A DNA stretch of 64,000 bases, from contig JBODTK010000121.1 in the NCBI GenBank assembly GCA_050613775.1, forward strand, positions 310,001 through 374,000, written 5' to 3'. Of the stretch, positions 21,701 to 33,274 are shown in pieces. The stretch comes from Neocallimastix sp. 'constans' (Eukaryota). Position numbers and translations under genes: made by a program. The notes under the pieces are model-generated. The model saw only the letters and a list, made by a program, of their open reading frames with translations, searched no databases and was not told the DNA's origin. The stretch's first letter is position 1, and each line of letters begins with the position of its first letter.

Positions 21701-24105
21701 TTTTACTATTATTGTTACTTCTATTAGGCAGTAAAATTAAACTTTTTTTTATGCCTTTTTTTTAAAAAAAAAAAAAAATAAATTTAATATCCTAAATTTA
21801 TTTAGTGATTTTATTAAACTATAAATGTATTATTTTGTTATTCACTCGTTAATTATATTTTCTTATAAAAAAAATAATTAAATAAATTATTATTAATGGT
21901 TATAAACTATGTTTAATTATATATTATAAATTTAATTTGAATTATAAATTTAAATTAAGTCAAAATTTCAAATGTTGCAATTTAAAATTAAAAATAAAAG
22001 AATTACATTCTTTCATATCATATAAATTTTATTCATATAACATAAAAATATTAATTGTATTATAAATAAAAAGTTTTTTAGTTTCACTCAAAGGCAAATA
22101 TATCAATGATATCAAACTTACAAATAATATAAAACAAAGAATTATTAAAAATTTTAAACTTTTGAACGAAACAAAAGAAAGAAAAGGTAATAAATATAAT
22201 AGAAAGTATAATTTTACAATAATAATTAAATAAAACTATAAAAAAAAATTTTTTTAATTAAAAAAATTTTTTTTAAATTAATAATAATAATTTATGAATA
22301 TTTTACTATTTATTTTAATTTAGATAATATATACTAATTAATTAATTTTAATTAATTTAAAAAAATATTTAATTCTAAAAAAATATATATAATGTTAAAT
22401 AATATATATTAATATATATTATTACTAAATTTAAAATAACTACTTATTATTATTGCTTGGTCATTATATATTGTATTTCCGAACTTTTCAATTTTTAATT
22501 ATAATTAAATAAACTTTCTATCTTAATTGTACGGTACATTAGTCATTAAACTTAAGATCTGAAATTTAATTATTCAAAAATTTATCTCTTTTTTTAAATG
22601 TTAAATATATTGTATGAAATAAAATTATAATTTTTGGTATTTTAATAATAAATCTGATATATATATAATAATACAATTATACTACTTAAAAAAAATTAAT
22701 AATAAACAAAAATGTATATATATATAAATTTTATTTATATATTATAAAAGTGAAAGTTTAAAAAGTAAAAGTAAATGAACAAAAGTAAAGGAAATTTTAT
22801 TATAAAAGTTAAATTAGAATAACCTTAGTTTTGTAAACTATAAAATATCACAACATATGGGAAATAATTTTTTAAAATTAATAGTAATTATAAAATATAA
22901 AATAGTTAATATATATTATAAAATAACTATTAAAATGCAATCATGAAAAAATAAATAAATAAACTATAATAGATTTATATATATATATTTTTATATTTCA
23001 CTCTTTTTATTAAATTAATATTACTAAAAATAGTTAAAATTAAATTATTTGAATAAGGAAAAAAAAATTAATATTTAACAAAATTTTAAATTAAATTCAA
23101 TTTTTCGTATTACAATTATAAAAAAAAAAAAAAAAAAAAGAGTTTACTCTATCAAAAAAAACAGAAATTAATAAAAATAATGAAACAAATAAATATAAAA
23201 TTTCTTATTAAATATTCATAATTTATTATATTAACATTTTTATATTTTTAATATATTAATAATTATATAATTTTTTTATTGAATTCATAAATTTATTACC
23301 ATTTTTTTATCCCTACAAATATTACGTAATTTTTATTATTTTAAAGATTAATAAATAATAAAATATGATATATAATTGCAATTATTTAAAAACAAACCAT
23401 CGAATTAAAATTTAATTGATTATATTATTTTTTTTTTAAAATTAAAGCAGCTTTATATTCTTCAAAGATTGCAAAAATAAAAATAAATAAATAAATAATA
23501 TCTATTATTTTAATATAATATATATAACAAAATAAAAAATGATATAAATTTTTTTTTTAGTATGGTAATAAATTTTAAAAATAGCCTAAAATTGAAGTTC
23601 TAACCTTTTATTTTATTTGCATATATCAATATCCAATAACATTACATTTGAATATAAAATATTCATTTTAAATAAATTTTGAAAATCTATTTTTTTTTTA
23701 ATTTCCATGTGTCTACCGAATCTAGTGCATTTCGCAATCGTGTATTTCTCAATGTGGCATATTTTCGTACGTGGCTTGTTTTTTTTATAATTAAATAAAT
23801 AATAAATATTATTTTTTTATATATAATTTACTAATATTCAATTGTAAAAATAATTTTTAATTATTCTTTTTTAATAGAATATATTATTATTTCTTTTGAA
23901 ATAGTTATTTAATAATATTTAATTGAAAAATATATTAATATTTCTTTTAAAATAATAATTATTTGTAAATTTATTTATGATTGTAGAGAATGAATGTGTA
24001 TCATTTCGCAGGGGAGTGTGCATTTCGAAGTGTGGCTTAAATGTTTATAAATTAATTGCCACATTATATAATTTTTTTAACCAATAAATAAATAATTAAA
24101 TAAAT

Positions 24106-24980
24106 TGTTAGAATATAAAGAATTAATGTAGAAATATATTAAATTAAATTTATTATATTAATATTCGTTATATAATTTATCTCATTATATTTGAAATACA
24201 TCTTTAATTAATTGTAATAAAAGTTCATTATATTTGGCACTAGCCACAATTAGTATAAATAAAATGTAATTTTTCTAAATTTGTTAACATTGTAATTACC
24301 TATTAAAATATTTTTAATAAATAAAGTTTATATTAAAACCAAATATTATTTTATTCTTAACGATAGATTAAGAGTCTCAATTTTGTTGCAACTAAAAATG
24401 AATGCTATTAATTATTTAATTACTACTGATGAACGCCTCAACAGAACCAACTATGAAGATTGGTATCCTACTGTAAGATCTATCATGAAGGCCAAGGAAA
24501 TTTGGAAATACATTGAAAAAGATCTAATTACTACTATGGAAGAAAAAGTCAAAAACAAAACTATGACTGAAGAACTGTTTGAAAAGGCGAAAATTGAAGA
24601 TTCAAAGGCACAAGCTTTTCTTTTGACAAGCATTATAAAAGAAGTTAAGTGAAAAATTTGGAACGCAAAAACATCATACGAAATGATGTGCAAAATCAAA
24701 GAATATTATGACAAGGAAAGGTCTAAGGATATTAGTCACTACCTTCGAAAACTGCAATCTCTGAAATCGAAAAGTATTGATGAGTCTTCTGAAATATTAA
24801 GAGATTACAGAAATATTTGAAATACTTGATGATAAAAATTATAAATTAGGAACAATGAAGAAAATGAAATACATCTATTACGCATATTACTTAATGAAGT
24901 TAGGTATTGACTAAAATTAAATTCCAAAACAGAAATTGATGTTTTCATCAATGATATAAAAGAACAAATTAATGTCTTAC
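24106..24980 (+). mobile_element. Truncated Ty1/copia remnant: probable 5' LTR (~24106-24362) and pseudogenised gag
   Basis: TGTTAG start; ORF from ATG 24398 LNRTNYEDWYPTVRSIMKAKEIWKYIE...DSKAQAFLLTSI...AKTSYEMMCKIKEYY resembles copia gag N-terminus/UBN2; contains stops and ends abruptly at 24980. Confidence 0.7.
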
Positions 24981-25461
24981 TGTAACAAATCTTAATGTTA
25001 CTTAAGATTGTTATAAGGTTTTTTACACAAAAGGTTCTCGACACTAAATTAATTCAAAATATGTTTTATTAAAATAAGTTTTTTTTTTTATTAGTAAAAA
25101 ATGTAAATTATTATTTTATTAATTAATCATTGTAATATTTTAAATTACTTTAAAATTAATTAATAAAAGCACAAGTAAAAATATTTTATTATGAAATTTT
25201 ACACCTATTTATAGTTTTTCAGGAAAATTAATTATTTTAAGTTATCAGTTGTTATTAGTAATTATTAGAAATAAAAGAAAATTAAAGAAAATTAAAGAAA
25301 ACAAGTTTTCTTTCTAGAAAATGAATCTTAGATAAAAAATGATAAAAAATATTAATAAAATAGATTTTTCTAGTTTTATCGGTTCAATTGTTTAACCGAT
25401 AAACACTAGTAATTTCTTTAATATTCTAGTTATAATAAATATAAAGTTATATAAAATTTGG

Positions 25462-25530
25462 AAAAAGTTGGTGTCGAACCTAAGGGTTCAGCCCGATTGT
25501 TATGGCAACTTACCATTGAACCATAGTTAC
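25462..25530 (-). ncRNA. Putative RNA polymerase III unit (type-2 internal promoter), tRNA-like but not a canonical tRNA
   Basis: Minus strand GTAACTATGGTTCAATGGTAAGTTGCCATAACAATCGGGCTGAACCCTTAGGTTCGACACCAACTTTTT has A box TGGTTCAATGG at +8, B box GGTTCGACACC and a T5 terminator. No acceptor stem or proper T stem can be formed. Confidence 0.6.
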
Positions 25531-26567
25531 TAATTTACTAATTTCTGGTAAAGAATGAATTAATAACCTTTATTTTATTATTAATAATTCTTTACTGAAT
25601 TGTACTTTCCTATATTCTTGATAACCTAAACTTAATAATAAAATTTAATTTATTTTGATATAAATTAATTTTAACTTGTAAATAATGTAAATAAATTTTA
25701 ATTAATTATTTTATTGTTATATTATTAAATATATGTATATTAAAATACAATTGTAAATATTAAAATTATACTTTCAAGATACTAAACTATTAAAACTATT
25801 AATTAAATATTATTATAAAAATTATTATAAAATTATTAAAATTATTAATTAAATATTATTCTAAAAATTATTATAAATTATTAATATTATAAAATTATTA
25901 AAATTATTAAATATTAGTATAAAAATTTATATATTGTAACTATTAAATATTATTATAAAATTATTAAGATTATTAATTAAATTTATTATTAAAAATTATT
26001 ATTAAAAATTTTTACTTATTATAAAAATTATTATTTAAATATTATCAAATTTATTAATTAAATATTATAAAAATTTTATTTTATTTTGAAAATAATTACA
26101 AGTATTATTTAAAATAATTAAAGATTATTAAATTTATTATATTAATCTTTAAAAACAATTTATTTTACTTAAAAATATCAAAGAAAATAGTAAAAACTAT
26201 TTTCTATATATTTATTTTATAATTATTTTTAATTAAATTATATTTGAATATTATATTATTATATTTATAAAAATTAAAACAAAAATGAATTATTGATATA
26301 AAATTAATTCAATAATTCTATAAAATTACTTAAATTATAAACAATTAATTATACTTTAAATTTATAAAAAAATATAAATATTGTAACAATTTCTTAAAAA
26401 TTAAATATGTGTACTTTAAATAATAAAATTTTATATTAATAAAAAAAAATAAATAACTTTTAATAAAGAATTATTTTTTTTTTTTTTTTAAAATCAAAGC
26501 AGGGTAATACCCGTCCCCCCCTGCTTGATTTTAAATATCTAAGTGTCAACCCCGAGTCTACCAAAAT

Positions 26568-26585
26568 TGGTGGAGATATCGGGGA
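26568..26585 (+). promoter_or_regulatory. Primer binding site of E1, complementary to tRNA-Ala 3' end (same sequence in E2 at 35167-35184)
   Basis: TGGTGGAGATATCGGGGA; reverse complement ...CCCCGATATCTCCACCA resembles eukaryotic tRNA-Ala 3' ends. Confidence 0.8.
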
Positions 26586-27175
26586 AGAAGAAGAAGAAGA
26601 AGAAGAAGAAGTAGAAGAAGAAGAAGAAGAAGTAGAAGAAGAAGAAGAAGAAGTAGAAGAAGAAGTAGAAGAAGAAGAAGAAGAAGAAGTAGAAGAAGAA
26701 GAAGAAGAAGAAGAAGTAGAAGAAGAAGAAGAAGTAGAAGAAGAAGAAGAAGAAGAAGTAGAAGAAGAAGAAGAAGAAGTAGAAGAAGAAGAAGAAGAAG
26801 AAGTAGAAGAAGAAGTAGAAGAAGAAGGAGAAGAAGAAGAAGTAGAAGATGAAGAAGAAGAAGAAGTAGAAGAAGAAGAAGAAGAAGTAGAAGAAGAAGA
26901 AGAAGAAGAAGTAGAAGAAGAAGTAGAAGAAGAAGAAGAAGAAGAAGAAGTAGAAGAAGAAGAAGAAGAAGAAGAAGAAGAAGAAGAAGAAAACCAAGAA
27001 GAAAACCAAGAAGAAGACCAAGAAGAAGACCAAAAAGAAAACCAAGAAGAAGACCAAGAAGAAGACCAAGAAGAAAACCAAGAAGAAGACCAAGAAGAAG
27101 ACCAAGAAGAAGACCAAGAAGAAGACCAAGAAGAAGACCAAGAAGAAGAGACCAAGAAGGAGAAGACCAAGAAGG
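26584..27175 (+). repeat. Purine-rich (GAA)n microsatellite with GTA interruptions, grading into a 12-nt GAAGAAGACCAA repeat
   Basis: Direct reading; lies immediately after the PBS in the E1 leader. Confidence 0.95.
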
Positions 27176-27266
27176 AAATTGGAACTACTAGGACTTATTT
27201 TTTTTTTGGAATTATGAGAATAATTTTTTTAAATTAAATTTAATAGAATTAAATTAAATTAAATTA

Positions 27267-27313
<47 letters not shown>

Positions 27314-27878
27314 CACACTTTTACAATCATCATCATCAAATTTTTTTTTATTGTTATCGGTTTTGTGTTGTTGTTGTGGTTGGTGTTGTTGTTGTGATTG
27401 TTGTTGTTGTGGTAGTAATAAAAATTAACATCAGTTTTATTTGGTCTTCGCGTGCTCCAAATAAAACTATATACTGAGTTTACTGCGTACTAAGCAGTTA
27501 TAGATAATTCTATAATTGCGAGTGGTTTAATCAGGTGTTTGGAGAGGGGCCGGTTACGAACTAATCGAACCCCGATTAGATATAGCGGTAAATACTGTTG
27601 GGAAGCAGAAATTACCCTATAGATCACCCATTATACGTTCAACACGGTTTGGGTGCTCCTCCACTTGACTCAGGCAAATTCACTTAGTATACCGAAATAC
27701 TAAGGTCCCTCTGCGTGGTCGGCAGTTGTAATAGATAGCGGTTTTTCAAGTTGTATTAGGTTTGTTAATTTACCTTGTTTTTAATTAAGTTTATTTGTTT
27801 TTTTTAAGTTGTAATTATATAAACTTAATAATAATTGTAATTGTAATTGTAAATATTGTAATAATAACCGATAACAAA

Positions 27879-27909
<31 letters not shown>

Positions 27910-28280
27910 AATATTAATTTTTGTGTTTTTAAATATTTTTAATTGCTATATTAATAAACTTTTTTTTTGTAAATAATTGTACATATTTTTTTTATTTAAG
28001 TAAAGATAAACGAAAGGGGTTATTAGCTTGAAAGAATAGTGAACACTCCAACTAGTTTATTAATTTATATTTATTCTAGTGTCCAGGAGGGGGAGTACGG
28101 GTGTATATAGCAAAATTAAATATACACTAGCCGGAAACGTCTCACTAGAGATATAAATTACTTAAATATATAATTTTAATTGTAAATAAATAAATAAATA
28201 AAAATATAGCAATTAAATAATTAATAAAACAATTTTTTTTTTATTTTTTTTTTATAAAGTGTGTTTTTTTTTTTTTTAAA

Positions 28281-28510
28281 ATGAGTTCAATTAATTTTAA
28301 AGATTTAAAAAAGGAACTTAAGGATATTGAAAAAATATCCAAAGAAAATTTAGATGTTAAAACTTGGAAGTATGATTTAGAGCTTTGGATAAAGCTTGAA
28401 CATGTTGAAGACTCCAAGATTATATTTTATGCCTGTGTTTTAACCTCAATTGGTGAAACCAGGAAAGTCATCCAAGAATTAATGGATGATAATAATAAAG
28501 ATGATGATAG

Positions 28511-28544
<34 letters not shown>

Positions 28545-29228
28545 AATTATAAGGATATTAATGATGAAGATGAGGATGATGATAATGAAGAAGATAAAGA
28601 AATTGATAAAAAGAATAAGGCTTATCCTTCCCTTAATAGAATTGTAAAAGCTATAGAAGAATTTTATGGCATTAGGGAGGATCAAAATAATTTATTAAGA
28701 GAGCTACGTGCTCTAAGAATTAAGAGGAATGAAAGAATCAAAGATTTTAATATTAAGTATAAAACTTTATATTTAAAATTAAATAAAAAGAAAAGAAGTC
28801 AGATAAGTGTTTTAGATTACACAGACTCCATTGAAAACAATGTTGAAGCCTGGAAACGTCTAACCTTATTTGATAACATTTCTCTGTCAAAAGCCTTTAA
28901 AATTGCTGAAAAAGCAGATAGGTTAAATTATATGGGTAGTAATCAAAGAAGACATCCTTCTACCCCTTCACCTTCTGCAAATATATCTTCTTTTAATAAT
29001 AGAGTTAATTTTCATCCTCCTATTAAAAATAAATTAGAACAAAAAGTTAATATTAAACCTAAAGAAGATAATGACATAGAGGAATTAACAAGAAAAATGA
29101 GAAGTTTAACAATAAAGGCTTGTTATTTCTGTAAAGAACCAGGTCATTATCAAAACAATTGCCCAAAGTTGAGAGCAATTGTTGAGAAAAATAGGAAGGA
29201 AATTAGAAACAATAAACGTTTAAATTGA
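28281..29228 (+). CDS. gag: E1 Gag with acidic insert and CCHC zinc knuckle
   Basis: 315 aa; CYFCKEPGHYQNNC; ends at T TTA AAT slippery site. Confidence 0.9.
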
Positions 29229-32200
29229 GTAATGGGATAAGAAGCTCTCCCATACTTAATAAAGCAGCTTCAATTAAATATCAAAAAGAAATTAAAAATT
29301 CTCGTCTTTCTAATATTGAAGAAATTCCTGCTAATAAAAGGGTGGTTAATAAAAAGAAAGTTGATTATTTAGTAGGAGCATCTAAACGTAAAATTTATGA
29401 TGTTAATAATGATGAAGGTAGTGCAGAGAAAAGGATTCATAAGTCGTTGAAGGAGAATCCTAAACCTATAATAACTCCTGCATTACGAAAACAGAAAGAA
29501 CGAGAAGTAAAAGAAAATAATATAAGTAATAAAATTGTTAAACAAATTAAACCATCTATTCTAGCTCAACCACGAATTGAAAAAGAAAAAGAGATTGAAA
29601 GACAAATTCGTGATAATGAAAGAGCTAGTAATAGTAATACTAATTATAGTAATAATCATAGTAATGATAATAGTAATGATAATATTAATAATAATTCATT
29701 AGTGAATGATGAATTTATTATAAATAATGTAAATAATGATAAAAGAAAGAATAAAAATTTAATGAAAGAAAATAATGATAATAATAAAAGTATTGTGAAG
29801 GAGAATAATAAAGTAATTGATTTAACATAGGTGTTAATTAGTAAAGATAAAGATACTCAAAAAGAAAATAAAAGTTCTAGAGTATCTAGGAAAATTAAGA
29901 TGCAATCGGGGGAAGAAGAATATGATATTCTTAAAGATTTAAATTCTGCCCATTGCAATATTACTTTTGGACAGTTATTGGATGCTGCTCCAAAATTAAG
30001 ATATAAGGTGTCACAGGGTATTAAATTGGATAGGGACCAATCTAATATCTCTGGGGTGTTGGATAATGTGTCAGCCACGACTGTGGTCGTTAATAACATA
30101 GACCACACTTATAAAAGTAAAGGTAACGAACCATGTGAAGAGGATATTGCCATGGTTGATGTTACAGTTGAAGGTGTTTCGGGGAAGGCTTTAATTGATT
30201 CATGTAGTAATTTAAGTATAATTACTCAACAATTTTTAGATAAGCTTCCGTCCGAATATGAACCTATTGATATTAGTCGTGGCAGAATTAGGTTGGCAAC
30301 TAAGAATGATGATTACTCGGAAGGTTATATCATTCGGGTGCCAGTAAAGATTAATAATCTTGTATTAATGGTTAATTGTAGAATAGTAGAAAAGGAGGAT
30401 CCTTTTTACGATATTCTAATTAACTTAAAAACCCAAATTGATTATAATTTGTTTATCCACCCCATTTTATATAGTTTGTGTCAAATTACTCCTGAGGGAG
30501 TAATTGACGTTATTGCACCTATTAATAATGATTATGAAGATGAAGAAAAGTTGTTGTGTATGATTAAGGCTTTGGATGAGGATTCCAAAAAGAATGATTT
30601 AAAGAAAATTGAAGGATTATCCCCAAAGCAATATATTCATCATGAAATTTTCCTAAATACTTTAAACAAAAAATATAAAGATGAAATAATTAAAATTCTG
30701 GAGGAGAACTTAGAAATAGTTGCTACTTCTTCAGAAGAATTAACACCTTCTGATCTTCCTCCACATAAGATTAATTTAATTCCTGGTGCGAAACCAGTTA
30801 AGCAAAGGTGCTATAGATTAGTTAAATTTAAGTCGGATATACTTAAGGAGGAATTAATTAAATTAATTAATAAGAAATTAATTGAACCTTCTTGTTCCGA
30901 ATGGTCATCGCCAATAGTGTTAGTACCGAAGAAGAACGGTAAATGGCGATTATGTATTGATTATCGTAAGGTTAATGATTTAACAGTTAAAGATTCTTAT
31001 TCATTACCTTACATTGATGAGATATTTGATAGTTTAGATGGGGCACAGATTTTTACAACAATGGATCTTTACTCTGGTTATCATCAAATTTTGATGGATG
31101 AGGAAAGTGTAGAAATTACCACCTTCACCACAAAATTTGGTAACTACCAATTCAAGGTTATGCCTTTTGGTTTAACCGGAGCCCCAGCTACATTTCAAAG
31201 GGAAATGAATAGGATTCTTTTCCCATTTATAGGAAAGTTTGTTTTTAACTTTATAGATGATATTTTAATATACTCTAAGAGTATAGAAGAACATATAAGC
31301 CACATTAGGCAAGTGTTGGAAGTATTTCGCCAACACAAGTTAAAAATTAACATTGAAAAATGTGCCTTTATGCAGACTGAAGTAGAAGTCTTAGGTCATA
31401 AGGCATCAGTGAAAGGTTTAAGTCCCCAGGATAGCAAAATTAAGGCTATCAAGGAGTGGGTAGCACCTGTTGATGTTCATGAATTACGATCTTTTCTTGG
31501 AGCAGTAGGATATTATAGAAACTTTATTGATAAATATGCCCAAATCTCTGCTCCTTTATGTAAATTATTAAGAAAGAATGTTAAATATAAATGGAATAAT
31601 GAACATCAACAAAGTTTTGATCTGTTAAAAGAAAAGTTAATAAATGCTCCAATTTTAAAATATCCAAGTTTTAATCAAAGGTTTATAATTAGAACGGATG
31701 CTTCCTATGAAGGTATTGGAGGAGTATTACTCCAAGAAGATTTAGAAACCAAAAAGGAACATCCAGTTCATTATATAAGTAGAAGTTTAAGTAAAGCCGA
31801 GAAAAATTATGGCATTACTGACTTGGAAGGAGCTGCATTAATTTATTGTATTACTAAGTTGAAATCTTATATATTAGGAAATCCTAATAAAACAGTAGTT
31901 ATAACAGATCATAAACTTTTAATCAGTTTCTTTAAAAATAAGGAACCTAATAATGCTAGGCAAGCAAGGTGGTGCTTAACTGTTAGTACCCTTGGTGTTG
32001 AAATTCAATATCAAATGGGTAAGAAAAATGTGTTAGCCGATGCATTATCTAGGATGAAGAAAAGAGCTGATTCTGTGGTATTGGCAACTAAGTTAACTTC
32101 AAAGGAAGAAGAAGAGTTGCTTTCAAAAACTATTAAAGACTTTATAAATGAAAAATTTGTTACGATAGATGGTGAAGATTACTTTGTTGATGGTAATGAC

Positions 32201-33274
32201 TATCGTAAATTAATTACTGATCAAACGGAAAAAGTAAAACTTATTTTAGAAGCCCATAAGATAGGTCATGAGGGATATTATAAGACTTATCAAAGGCTTC
32301 GTAAAAGTTTTTATTGGAATAATATGGTGATGGATATTAAAAGAGTGGTGCAAAGTTGTGACAAGTGTCAGTTGAATAGGTCACAACCATATCCAGAACC
32401 TACAGAAAATATTCCAACTAAAGTAGAAGGTCCTTTTATACATTTGGGTTTAGATATTATTGGACCTTTGATTAAAACGAAGAATAATAATCAATATATT
32501 ATGGTTGTGGTGGATTACTTCACCAAATGGGTTGAAGCAGAACCCACGGAAAATATAACATCACAGGATGTGATTAAGTTCTTAATTAATGTGTTTGCTC
32601 GTCATGGTGTTCCACAGGTAATAACAACTGACAATGGTGTTCAGTTCACCTCGGACATGACGAAAATATTTTTAGATCTCTATGATGTATATGTGAAGTT
32701 TATTTCCACATATCATCCTGAAAGTAATGGACTTACGGAAAACCGTAATAAAGAGATCGGCAAGTTATTGAGGTTGTTGGGTTCTAAGAATAAGGATTGG
32801 GATGAAGTTTTACCATCCGCCTTATGGGCTCTTAGAACTACCAAAAATAAGGTAACAAAACATTCAAGTTTTGAGTTGGTTTATGGTAGGGAGGATCAGC
32901 AGCCTTTTGATATTGCTGCTAGACCTACCAAGGATATTAATAAGTCATCGGATGAAGTGTTGTTAGAAAAATTTATAAATCATTACCGATGGACTTTAGA
33001 AGCAGCCGAAAATGTTAAAAATGCAAATAAGTATTGGGCTGCTAGAAGAGAGGAAAAGAATAGTTTGAATGAGGGAAAAAGAATTAGGGAAGGTGATTTA
33101 GTTCTAGTTAGAAATTTTTCAAGAACTAAACTAGAACCTTATTTTGTTGGTCCTCTTAAAGTTATAAAAAAACAATTTAATACGGTTACCTTGGCTGATC
33201 CAAATTCTGGAATTCAAATGAATAGGAATGTTCATTTGAAGAATATAGTCAAGTATAACTCAGCTTCGATGTAG
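29225..33274 (+). CDS. pol: E1 Pol (protease, RT, RNase H, integrase) in -1 frame to gag, interrupted by in-frame TAG at 29828-29830
   Basis: ALIDSCS (protease), FIDDILIYS (RT), TDASYEGIGGVL and TDH (RNase H), HHCC zinc finger, LDIIG/TDNG/E integrase core; no chromodomain. Confidence 0.92.

Noticed and set aside
25462..25530. Canonical tRNA-Gly or tRNA-Met gene
   Set aside because: No acceptor stem, anticodon stem or full T stem can be formed.
26460..27170. Minus-strand poly-Ser and poly-Phe ORFs (236 and 200 aa)
   Set aside because: Artefacts of the GAA microsatellite, which lacks stops on the minus strand.
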